Source: Acidobacteriota bacterium
GTDB lineage: Bacteria; Acidobacteriota; Terriglobia; UBA7540
Reading direction: 5' to 3'
Length of the DNA stretch: 64,000 bases
NCBI GenBank assembly: GCA_003165315.1
Contig: PLSX01000216.1
Coordinates: forward strand, 21,172 to 85,171
In this document: positions 48,350 to 57,160 of the stretch, piece by piece
Position numbering within the stretch: the first letter of the stretch is position 1
Layout: every line of letters starts with the position of its first letter
Program-made: the position numbers and the translations under genes
The notes under the pieces: model-generated
Database searches by the model: none
What the model was told of the DNA's origin: nothing
Seen by the model: only the letters and a program-made list of their open reading frames with translations

Positions 48350-49144
48350 CTAGGGACGGAAAATATTCTGTCGGTGGTACTCTACGAATTCTGAACCGGG
48401 GCGGAACCTCTCGGGCATCCTTAAGGGACTTCCTTCGATTGATACAAACTCACGCTGCAGGCTCTGGTTGGGCAAGTAAGCTCGTAGGCGCGAGCTCAAG
48501 ACCAATTGCATGTCAGTGCCAAAGGTGATCAGCCCACTGTCAAATGCTCGGTCAAGGTGAGCGGCAAGGCACAGTCCGTTGCTGGGGTTGAGCCGCTGCT
48601 CCGGGAAATCACCCCACGGCAGGATGTGACTCGCAATCAACAACTGAGGGACCGGATTGCCGGTCACGCAGCACTGCCATCCGTACGCCGCAAGAACAGC
48701 CTTCCTGAAGAAGCTTTGCATGACGCGCACCTGAACGCTGGCTGTCCTCTCAGTTGGCTGGGTTGGAGCCGGTAGCACTATCTCAGCCGCACCCACCTTC
48801 TTCTTGACCGGCTTCTGATCTACAGCAAGTACGTCTTCCAATAACCTTTCGCTTTCGCTCGCCATTCTTGACCAATTCGCGTGAAACTCTTGCCACACCT
48901 CCTTATCCATGCGGCTCACTCCCTTCAACCCGGAGACGCCCCTGGCCTGATGGGCTGGATCAAGAGACGCGAAGTTGACCAGTTTCATTGCAATGCTACT
49001 GGGAGTTCTACCGAGCGCGCTGGCGAGGGCAATCACACTCGGATTGCGCGCATGCATCTGGCCGAACGGAAGCGTAAAGTAGAGATTGCACGCAACGATC
49101 AATTCGTCATGGCGCCAGAGCCTTCCTTTGATAGCGGACGGCAT
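48350..49144 (-). CDS. HNH-family restriction-type endonuclease (COG3183-like)
   Basis: The C-terminal ...CCVTGNPVPQLLIASHILPWGDFPEQRLNPSNGLCLAAHLDRAFDSGLITF is the HNH_2-type motif. It is convergent with, and abuts, the truncated methyltransferase. Confidence 0.75.
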   Translation of the reverse strand: MPSAIKGRLWRHDELIVACNLYFTLPFGQMHARNPSVIALASALGRTPSSIAMKLVNFASLDPAHQARGVSGLKGVSRMDKEVWQEFHANWSRMASESERLLEDVLAVDQKPVKKKVGAAEIVLPAPTQPTERTASVQVRVMQSFFRKAVLAAYGWQCCVTGNPVPQLLIASHILPWGDFPEQRLNPSNGLCLAAHLDRAFDSGLITFGTDMQLVLSSRLRAYLPNQSLQREFVSIEGSPLRMPERFRPGSEFVEYHRQNIFRP

Positions 49145-49490
49145 CGGTTTCTCCTGGAAATCGGAACAACAGCATAGGATACTTGCATTTTAGCGGGTTG
49201 GGGCCGCGTTCTCACTTACGCACGGCAAAGGACCTGCGTTCATATTTGGATGACACTTCCTATTTGCTGGCTTGTTGGTTCTAGTGTGCTCAAAAATCCA
49301 ATTCTTGACAATACGTCCGGCACACTCGCAAGTCCTAGGCGTACGGCTCGCCGCAGACTTATCCAAATTACAGTTGGTCCGGCGAGGCATGGCCCAGCGC
49401 GCCGCCGCATGGCGTAAGGAAATGTTGCACGTTTCAACGATACCTGTACCAGACCCAACCTGCTTCGCTCGAAGGTGGAATCGAATTTAC

Positions 49491-49730
49491 TTCCCTCGCC
49501 CCTTTGGGGGAGAGGGTGGCCCGCAACCGGCGTTTTCATCAGCCGGGGCGGGACGGGTGAGGGGGTCAAAAACGCTGGGTGTTACTAACACAATTCCGAA
49601 ACATAGGTTTTTTCATTCTTAGATCTGGGTCTCCTCTTGCGGTTCTGACAAATGGTTTCCACCTTGGTAAGAACCCCCTCACCCACCGCCTTGCGGTCCC
49701 CCCTCTCCCCCAAGGGGGGCGAGGGAAGCG
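49491..49730. repeat. MITE-like element: two inverted ~60-77-nt GC-rich palindrome-containing arms around a 103-nt AT-rich core
   Basis: The arm 49491-49567 (TTCCCTCGCCCCTTTGGGGGAGAGGG...GGGTGAGGGGGTC) matches the reverse complement of 49671-49730 apart from a ~20-nt indel. Solo copies of the same arm are at 46999-47050 and 49855-49906. Confidence 0.6.
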
Positions 49731-50101
49731 CGTGAATTGTTTCCGGGCACGGGGAAAGTACCGCTGAGTAATCCGGCTTGGAGCCGAATAACTCAGCGCT
49801 ATCTTTCCCCGCTTGTCGCGGTCCACGTTTGGGAAAGGGAAAGCATCAACGAATGACCCCTCACCCCCCCTCGTCCCTTGGGGACCCTCTCCCCTCGGAG
49901 AGGGCAAAAACATTCGAGATGCAGAGATGTGGACAGCAGGTAGCGCGGACCACCGCCATTGTGGTCCGCGTCTCTTTCCCGGCAAGGACCGTGGACCATC
50001 ATCAAGCGGCCAACGTCATTGAAGAACCGCAGACCGCAAATTCGGCGGTCTGCGCTACGCGTGGTTTGTTTCCGGGCACGGGGAGAGAACCGCTGAGCAA
50101 T

Positions 50102-50129
50102 CCGGGGGCTGGCGCAGAGTGAAACTCTG
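50102..50129 (+). repeat. left copy of a 27-nt direct repeat bracketing the PIN toxin-antitoxin module
   Basis: CCGGGGGCTGGCGCAGAGTGAAACTCTG. The partner is at 51136-51162. Confidence 0.8.
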
Positions 50130-50205
50130 CGGCTTGGGGAAAACGAAACTGAAATTGGAATGGGTCAAAGGCGTCAATCGCAGGGCTGCGCTCGCCCTGC
50201 GCCGA

Positions 50206-50263
50206 CCCCGATTTCACGATGGGGGACGAGACGTCAGACGCGGGTGGGGACGCCCTCGCTACA
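50206..50263 (+). repeat. 58-nt direct repeat, copy 1 (copy 2 at 50362-50418)
   Basis: CCCCGATTTCACGATGGGGGACGAGACGTCAGACGCGGGTGGGGACGCCCTCGCTACA versus the near-identical second copy. Confidence 0.8.
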
Positions 50264-50473
50264 GGCTCCACCTGTGCACCTGTAACCACCCCCGTCGCTC
50301 GCGCTCCGGCCCCTCCTTAGATTAAGGAGGGGAGCTTGGTTTCCAGCGCGGGTGGGGATGCCCCCGATTTCACGATAGGGACGAGACGTCAGACGCGGGT
50401 GGGGACACCCTCGCTACAAACGATGGGTCGAACGGGGGACCAGAAATCAGCGCCGAAGCTTGCGGCGGGTGAT

Positions 50474-50725
50474 ATGATGGCGAATATGAGCAGTTTGGAA
50501 TTGAGTGACGAACAGGTGGTTTCATTGGTGCGGGGGTTGCCGGCCGAACGCAAGCGGGTGGCGCTGCTGGCGCTTGCCCTGGAAGCACAAGCGGGCCGGG
50601 AGGATCGGCTGCGCCTGGGCGAGGCGCAACTGCGCCGGGTGGCGGCGGATCGTGGACTCGATTGGGACCGCCTGACGGAAGATGAACGCGAGTCCTTCGT
50701 CAATACCTTGCTGCACAAGAAATAG
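50474..50725 (+). CDS. putative antitoxin of the adjacent PIN toxin
   Basis: 83 aa from the Met at 50474 (MMANMSSLELSDEQVVSLVRGLPAERKRVALLALALE...). It ends 5 nt before the PIN reading frame opens. No family recognised; the call rests on position. Confidence 0.45.
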   Translation: MMANMSSLELSDEQVVSLVRGLPAERKRVALLALALEAQAGREDRLRLGEAQLRRVAADRGLDWDRLTEDERESFVNTLLHKK

Positions 50726-50730
50726 CCTAG

Positions 50731-51135
50731 CCTTTTACCGCCGTTTTCGACACCAACATCCTGTTTTCCGCCACGGGCTGGCGGGGAAACCCCTTTCAAT
50801 GCGTTGAGCGGGCGCGCTCCGGCCAGTTCCGGGTGTTCACCTGCCCGGAATTGATGGAGGAACTGGCGGAGAAGCTTGAAACCCGCCTCCTGTTCTCCGC
50901 GGACCAGGTGGCGGAGACGCTGGCTGACTATCTGGGCTTTCTGCAGGTGATTCAGCTTCCCAAGGCGCTTACGGCGGTCTGCCGCGACCCCGACGATAAC
51001 ATGGTCCTTGAATGCGCTCTTGAAGGCCGTGCGCAATATATCGTCAGCGGTGATAAGGACCTGCTGGACTTGAAAGAGTTTCGCGGCATCCGGATTGTCC
51101 GCGCCGCCGAGTTCCTGAGTCTGCTCGCAACTTGA
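50731..51135 (+). pseudogene. PIN-family toxin (TIGR00305-like) without a canonical start codon
   Basis: The frame opens at 50731 after TAG and reads PFTAVFDTNILFSATGWRGNPFQCVERARSGQFRVFTCPELMEEL...CRDPDDNMVLECALEGRAQYIVSGDKDLLDL... No ATG/GTG/TTG precedes the catalytic FDTN Asp. The first GTG (50833) would delete it. Confidence 0.6.
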
Positions 51136-51162
51136 CCGGGGCTGGCGCAGAGTGAAACTCTG
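51136..51162 (+). repeat. right copy of the 27-nt direct repeat bracketing the PIN module
   Basis: CCGGGGCTGGCGCAGAGTGAAACTCTG begins on the nucleotide after the PIN stop codon (51133-51135). Confidence 0.8.
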
Positions 51163-51260
51163 GATAGCGCCGGGATAAACCGGCATGGAGTAGCGAATGA
51201 AAGAGTCGTACAGGGAAGGCGTAGCGAGTCACCCTGGCCCCCAGCCCTGCGAGGGCGGTC

Positions 51261-51524
51261 GTGAGGCCGGGCAGGACCTTCCGGTACTCCGATGGCGGCG
51301 CTCTTGGTCTGGCGAAGGACAAGAAGGCCATCCTGGTTCTGGCTTCGGGTGGCGTTTTTACAGAAGGCCCATGGCGCCCGTGGGACTTTGTCGAGCCATA
51401 CTTGCGTCAGATCCTGGGATTCATTGGCATCGCGGATGTGCAGACCGTTCGAGTTGAGGGGACGAAAATTCCCCTCTTTGCTGCCAATGCCTTGCCAGAG
51501 GCGAAGAAAGCTGTTGCGCTGTAA
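51261..51524 (+). pseudogene. azoR: C-terminal fragment of FMN-dependent NADH-azoreductase
   Basis: ...GRTFRYSDGGALGLAKDKKAILVLASGGVFTEGPWRPWDFVEPYLRQILGFIGIADVQTVRVEG... matches the last ~85 residues of AzoR. The N-terminal flavodoxin-like ~110 residues are absent. Confidence 0.65.
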
Positions 51525-52012
51525 AGACTGTTCCCGACCAGTTGAACTGGACGACGTGCAGGGAAACCCGGGGAAACCGGAATTCGAAATCCCGGGAATC
51601 CCGGAAACCCGGTACGATCACGTCATTTCCTGATTCTTGCCGCTTCTTGCAGGCACCGCGTTGGTGGCGGAAAACAAATTTTCCTCGCCCGATTTTGCCG
51701 GCGGCGTGGCGCTTCTATAACGGCATCGGAGCTATTTTTCATCGAGACAATTACCCTGGGGCACGCCTTAATACAAACGTTTAATTGCGCGATAGCGTGG
51801 TCGGGAATTCCTTGTCAACGAAGGTCACCAACGTCACCCCTCTGGAAACGCTAAAGCCCGGCCATCCTGGCTATGCCACGACCTCCAGCTGCACTCGGCA
51901 AAATCACATCCCCCATCCCCTTAATCAGCAGGCTGAACCCTAACGCTTAATTCTCTTTCAAGCTTTTCCCTCCACCTGCCGAAAATATAGTGAGGAAGGA
52001 AATATTTGCGTC

Positions 52013-55000
52013 GTGAGTGCGGGCCGAGCACCAACCCGGATTATTGTTCTCGCTTGCCTGCTCGTATTTGGGGGGCCGGGGAAGATTTGGGGGCAGCAAG
52101 GTTACCTGCCGATGGAGGCTTTTTCCCTTCCGACATTGGGATGGACCACGGGCCCCCGTGCGCATGTGGAGGTGGACGCCTTCCTGGCAGTGGCAGTCCG
52201 CCCTATTCATTTGGTGGACTTTGGTGGAACCCCAAGCCTGCGCAAAAGTTCCTATGTGACGGAGGGTGACGGTTGCAGCATCCTCGGCACGGGGTCTCCG
52301 CCGCTTTCGATCGTAAATTTCATAGCCCTGCCGGGGAATGATCACAGTTCCCTCGGGCGGCTGGAAGGCCGGGTGTCTGAGTGGATGGCGAAGGCCCATC
52401 TTGCCACTCTCGTAGGCATCCTGATGTTGGTGGTGGTCGCGTGGGTGGTGATCCTGCGGCGGCAAGTGCGCGCCAAGACGGAGGAGATTCGGGAATGGCT
52501 GCGACGGGAAGCGGCTCTTACAGATCGTTACCGCGATTTGCTTGAGAATGCCATTGACCTGGTTTATACGCGTGATCTTCAGGGGAACTTTACCTCTGTG
52601 AATAACACCACTGTCAAAGTGCTGGGTTACACGCGGCAGGAATTGCTGGGCACGAATATTGCCCAGGTCGTTGCCCCCGAGCATCGGGATGCCGTCCGCC
52701 AAGCCTTGGAAAGTGCACGGGCGGGGAAAGAATCCGGTGACGCAGAACTTGAATTCATCGCCAGAAACGGCGCCCGGCTGACCATGGAGGTTCGCGGCCG
52801 CCTGCTTTACGAGGACGGCAAGGCGGTGGGAGTGCAGGGGATCGCACGCAACCTCACGGAGCGCAAACGGGTGGAACAGCAGGTCCGCCTGCAAGCCGCC
52901 GCGCTGGAGGCCGCCGCTCTCGGTATTGTCATTACGGACTGCGACGGCAACTTCCTGTGGGTCAACCCAACCTTTACAGCGATGTCTGGCTATACCTTGG
53001 ACGAAGTAATTGGCAGGAATTCCAGCCTGCTCAATTCTGGGACGGACGGTGAGCAATTTTATCGGGAAATCTGGAACAACGTTCGCAGGGGGAATGTATG
53101 GCGGGGTGACACAATGACCCGCCGAAAAGATGGAAGCTTGTACCAGGAGGAGTTGACCATAACGCCCGTCTGCCGTGGACCCGGCGAAGTGACCCACATT
53201 GTGATTACGGGGCAGGACATTTCCGCGCGCAAGCAAGCAGAGGAAACTCGCGCCCAATTAGCCGCAATCGTGGAATCCTCCCAAGACGCCATCATGGGGA
53301 TTTCGCCCCAAGGACTTATTGTCAGTTGGAACCGGGGCGCGGAAGCTCTTTGCGGATATTGTCAGGAAGAAATCCTGGGCAAGTCCCTGTCCGTGCTAAC
53401 GCCGGCGGAGCTTTCAGGCGAATTGTCCCACCTGTTTGAGCAGGTCCAACAAGGGCAAACCATCACCAGCTTTGAGACGGTTTGGCGGGGAAAGGCGGGG
53501 AATATCCGGGTAAGTCTGGGCATTTCGCCCATCAAAGACGCCCGGGGTAAGCTGGTAGGCTGCTCCGTCATCGCCCGCGACATCACCAAACTGCGGATGG
53601 CGGAAGAGGCGCTCAAATTAAGTGAGGAGCGCTACCGGACCTTGATTGAAAACGCCCCTGTGGGAATCTACCGGAGAACCCTGAAGGGGCGTATTCTTGT
53701 GGGAAACCCGGCCTTCGTCAGGATGCTGGGCTACTCTTCGTTTGAAGAATTGGCATCAAGCAACCCTGAGGCCGAGGGGTTTCTACCCTCGTACTCACAA
53801 AGCCAAATTCAGGAACTGTTGGAAAGCCAGGGTGAGGCCACGGGTTTGGAGTCCGAATGGCACCGTCCGGATGGTGCCACCTTGGTTGTCCGGGAGAACG
53901 TCCGCGCCGTCCGGAACGGATCCGGCGAAATTCTCTATTATGAGGGCACAGCAGAAGATATTACGGAACGGAAGCACGCCGAGGCGCGATTGCGGGAAAG
54001 TGAAGAGGAGCTGGCCGCGGCGCAGCGAATCGCCCACATCGGTTCATGGTATTGGAATGCCAAAACCGACATTGCGCACTGGTCCGATGAAACCTTCCGT
54101 ATCTTTGGGCAGACGCCCGGCCAATTGGAAGACCATCGAAAAGTCTTCCTGGCCATTGTCCATTCCGATGACAGGATGCGGGTCGATTGTGCTCTAAGCG
54201 ATGCCCTGAACGGAACAAAGGAGTACAACATTGACTATCGTCTCCAATTGCCCGACGGGGCGGTGAAGGTCATTCATGCCCAAGGCGAGGTCTTGAAAGA
54301 CGAGGCAGGCAGGCCTTTCGGTTTGCGGGGGATAAACCACGACATCACTGAACGCAAGCTCGCCGAAGAAATGTTGCAGGAAAGCGAAGAACGCTTCCGG
54401 CAATTGGCCGAGAACGTGGAAGAGGTTCTTTTGCTGTTCGATCCGCAATTGAACAAGGTTTTCTATGTCAGCCCCGCCTACGAAAAGGTTTGGGGCCGGA
54501 GTTGCGAGAGTTTGTACGCAAGTCCTCGATCATTCCTGGTCGGCATTCATCCGGACGACCGTCCGGCAATAGCAGCCAGTATGGAACTTTCTAATCGCAG
54601 CCGGGGAGAGTGGGAATATCGCGTTCTTCGTCCCAACGGAAGCCTTCGCTGGGTATGGGACCGTGCCTTTCCCATCCGTGACTCCGCGGGAAAGGTGGTT
54701 AGAATTGCCGAGCTTGTACAGGACATTACCGAACGCAAACAAGTTGAGGTTGCAACACACAATGCGATGAAAGCCGCCGAGGATGCCAATCGGGCCAAAA
54801 GCGAATTTCTAGCCAACATGAGCCATGAGCTCAGGACCCCCATGAATGCAGTCATTGGCATGACCGAGCTTGCACTTGCCACGCGGTTGGACGCGGAGCA
54901 ACGCCACTACCTGGAACTGGTGGAGTCCTCGGCGAACTCACTGATGGAACTTATCAATCACACCCTGGACTTCTCGAAAATCGAAGCAGGTAAATTGGAG

Positions 55001-56722
55001 CTGGAGGCCATTCCTTTCTTCTTGGCCGACGTTATGGCAGAAGTCGTTCGCCCCCTGGCTAGTCAGGCGTATGGCAAAGGTCTGGAGATGGTCTGCGCTT
55101 TGGATCCCTCCTTGTCTTTGCCGCTTTTGGGCGATCCGTTCCGCTTGAAGCAAATTGTTATGAATCTGGTGGAAAATGCCATCAAATTCACCGAGCAAGG
55201 TGAAGTTGTGGTTCGGTTCAGGGCGGACTCGCAAACAGAAACTGAGGTAACGCTTCGCATCTCGGTGGCAGATACCGGCGTTGGAATTCCTGACGATAAA
55301 ATTGCCATGGTGTTCGAACCGTTTACCCAGGTGGATGGATCCGCGACCCGCCGGTTTGAGGGTGCGGGGTTGGGTTTGGCCTTGTGTTCGGAATTGGTCC
55401 GCATGATGGGGGGGGCCATTTCCGTTGAAAGCGGCCCGGGGAAAGGGAGCACTTTTAGCATCATCTTGCGCCTGGGTTTCGCCGGGACAGCAGCGTCGCC
55501 TCCAGATGCAATGCAGACCAGCCTATTGCGCGGAGTGCCGATTTTGGTGGTAGACCATCACACCGCCAGCCGCGAAATTCTAGGCGAATTGCTGCGCCAC
55601 AGAGGATTGATTCCGACCCTTTTGCAAGGCGGTGTGGGCGCGCTGGCAGCGATTCGCAAAGCACAGCGATCCACCGCCCAGTTTCGCCTTGCCCTTATTG
55701 ACGGGCAGCTACCAAGCGGTGATGGATTTGATCTGGTGGAACAAGCGCGCCGAATCCCTGGGTTCTCGACTCCCATTTTGATGATGCTCTCTCCCGCGAG
55801 CGTTGAACGTGACGCAATCCGATGCCGCGAATTGGGTATTGCGGATTATTGTACAAAGCCAGTCCTGGAGTCGGATCTGGTGAAGGTCCTGGTCAAGGCG
55901 CTGGAGACGGCCATGGTGGGGAATACCACCCCTGATTCCCCACTCTCCCCACATGAGCCCAAACAAACACTTCGTATACTTCTGGCGGAGAGCAATGAAG
56001 TCACCCAGTTGCTGGTGACCCATTTGCTGGAGAAGCGGGGACACCAAGTTTTTCTTGCTGCAGATGGCTTGGAAGCGTTCAGCGCTGTCCAAGACGCACA
56101 GGCGCGAGGATTTGACCTGATATTGGTGGATACGGATATGTGTGGCATGAATGGGTTGGAGGCGGCCCGCGCGATCAGGGAAATTGAGCGGCGCACTGGG
56201 GGGCATATGCCAATCATTGCCATGACAGGCAATCCATCTCTGAGTGAGGAGGAAGCCTGCGCGGGCGCAGGCACGGATGCTTACCTTGCCAAACCAATTC
56301 GACCCATCGCGCTTTTCGAGTGTGTTCAACGATTGACTTCGCCGCAGGCCACCCCCGCCACGAGGCAGGCTCCACCTTCAATGGTGTTCGATAAGGACGG
56401 CTTTTTGAGCCGATTGGAAGGCGACGAGGGATTGGGCAAGGAGATTATTGAAATGTTTCTGCAAGAGTGCCCCAAACTTCTGCAGAATGTCCGTCAAGCT
56501 GCTGAGCAGCGGAACGCCTCAATGTTGTTTCGATCCGCACACACGCTGAAGGGTTCTATTGGCGACATCGCCGCGCCCCAGGCGTTGGATGCCGCGCGGA
56601 CCCTGGAGCAGATGGCCAGAAAAGGCGAGTTGGAAGGTCTTGAAACCGTTATGATGAGCCTGGAAGCGGCTGTTCAAACACTGGTTCGCGAGTTGGGCAA
56701 TCACGAGAAACAAGTTGTGTAA
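52013..56722 (+). CDS. very large hybrid sensor kinase (signal/TM, >=6 PAS/PAC, HisKA, HATPase, two REC, HPt)
   Basis: Repeated PAS/PAC units (...ITERK...). H-box ANMSHELRTPMNAVIG and G-box GAGLGLALC. Receivers are centred on LIDGQLPSGDG and LILVDTDMCGMNG. The C-terminal HPt motif is SAHTLKGSIGDIAA. GTG start at 52013. Confidence 0.9.
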   Translation: MSAGRAPTRIIVLACLLVFGGPGKIWGQQGYLPMEAFSLPTLGWTTGPRAHVEVDAFLAVAVRPIHLVDFGGTPSLRKSSYVTEGDGCSILGTGSPPLSIVNFIALPGNDHSSLGRLEGRVSEWMAKAHLATLVGILMLVVVAWVVILRRQVRAKTEEIREWLRREAALTDRYRDLLENAIDLVYTRDLQGNFTSVNNTTVKVLGYTRQELLGTNIAQVVAPEHRDAVRQALESARAGKESGDAELEFIARNGARLTMEVRGRLLYEDGKAVGVQGIARNLTERKRVEQQVRLQAAALEAAALGIVITDCDGNFLWVNPTFTAMSGYTLDEVIGRNSSLLNSGTDGEQFYREIWNNVRRGNVWRGDTMTRRKDGSLYQEELTITPVCRGPGEVTHIVITGQDISARKQAEETRAQLAAIVESSQDAIMGISPQGLIVSWNRGAEALCGYCQEEILGKSLSVLTPAELSGELSHLFEQVQQGQTITSFETVWRGKAGNIRVSLGISPIKDARGKLVGCSVIARDITKLRMAEEALKLSEERYRTLIENAPVGIYRRTLKGRILVGNPAFVRMLGYSSFEELASSNPEAEGFLPSYSQSQIQELLESQGEATGLESEWHRPDGATLVVRENVRAVRNGSGEILYYEGTAEDITERKHAEARLRESEEELAAAQRIAHIGSWYWNAKTDIAHWSDETFRIFGQTPGQLEDHRKVFLAIVHSDDRMRVDCALSDALNGTKEYNIDYRLQLPDGAVKVIHAQGEVLKDEAGRPFGLRGINHDITERKLAEEMLQESEERFRQLAENVEEVLLLFDPQLNKVFYVSPAYEKVWGRSCESLYASPRSFLVGIHPDDRPAIAASMELSNRSRGEWEYRVLRPNGSLRWVWDRAFPIRDSAGKVVRIAELVQDITERKQVEVATHNAMKAAEDANRAKSEFLANMSHELRTPMNAVIGMTELALATRLDAEQRHYLELVESSANSLMELINHTLDFSKIEAGKLELEAIPFFLADVMAEVVRPLASQAYGKGLEMVCALDPSLSLPLLGDPFRLKQIVMNLVENAIKFTEQGEVVVRFRADSQTETEVTLRISVADTGVGIPDDKIAMVFEPFTQVDGSATRRFEGAGLGLALCSELVRMMGGAISVESGPGKGSTFSIILRLGFAGTAASPPDAMQTSLLRGVPILVVDHHTASREILGELLRHRGLIPTLLQGGVGALAAIRKAQRSTAQFRLALIDGQLPSGDGFDLVEQARRIPGFSTPILMMLSPASVERDAIRCRELGIADYCTKPVLESDLVKVLVKALETAMVGNTTPDSPLSPHEPKQTLRILLAESNEVTQLLVTHLLEKRGHQVFLAADGLEAFSAVQDAQARGFDLILVDTDMCGMNGLEAARAIREIERRTGGHMPIIAMTGNPSLSEEEACAGAGTDAYLAKPIRPIALFECVQRLTSPQATPATRQAPPSMVFDKDGFLSRLEGDEGLGKEIIEMFLQECPKLLQNVRQAAEQRNASMLFRSAHTLKGSIGDIAAPQALDAARTLEQMARKGELEGLETVMMSLEAAVQTLVRELGNHEKQVV

Positions 56723-57160
56723 GGTGAGGGTGAGCCTGCAGCAGGAGGCGGGAAGTCATCATCGAATCCGTCTGTAATTTTGAGGAGTGGCCGCAAGTGT
56801 GGGAAGTGCTGAGAATCCGAATGGATGGAATGCGGAATTGGGACCGCCGACACCCTCCCAGGGTACACTGCTGAACCGATGCAACCAGAATAGCACCGTG
56901 CTTTTGGGGGGTATTTCCAAGCTGAGAATTATCCTCAAACAATTGTGATTAAACACTGATTGACGCACGGAGTGGTGTGACGTATAGTCCGCACTGGGAG
57001 AAACCACAAGGCCGATTGGGTCAGAGGAACCGCTCGGCTGGTTTAAAAACCAAGAAATCCTCTGAGCCCCTCGAGTTCGCGCCAGTCGACGGCAAACATA
57101 GAGTCAGGCAATGGCAATGCCTGCGGTGTGGTATAGGCTTCCTCGCCTGGATGGACTGCG

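Noticed and set aside
49272-49622. ORF as the missing C-terminal half of the truncated C5-methyltransferase (LTIRPAHSQ vaguely like the LTxREAARxQ motif)
   Set aside because: No QRR, motif IX or GNAVP-type motif X could be found in any frame. Most of the ORF is the translation of the GC-rich palindromic repeat, so the resemblance is too weak.
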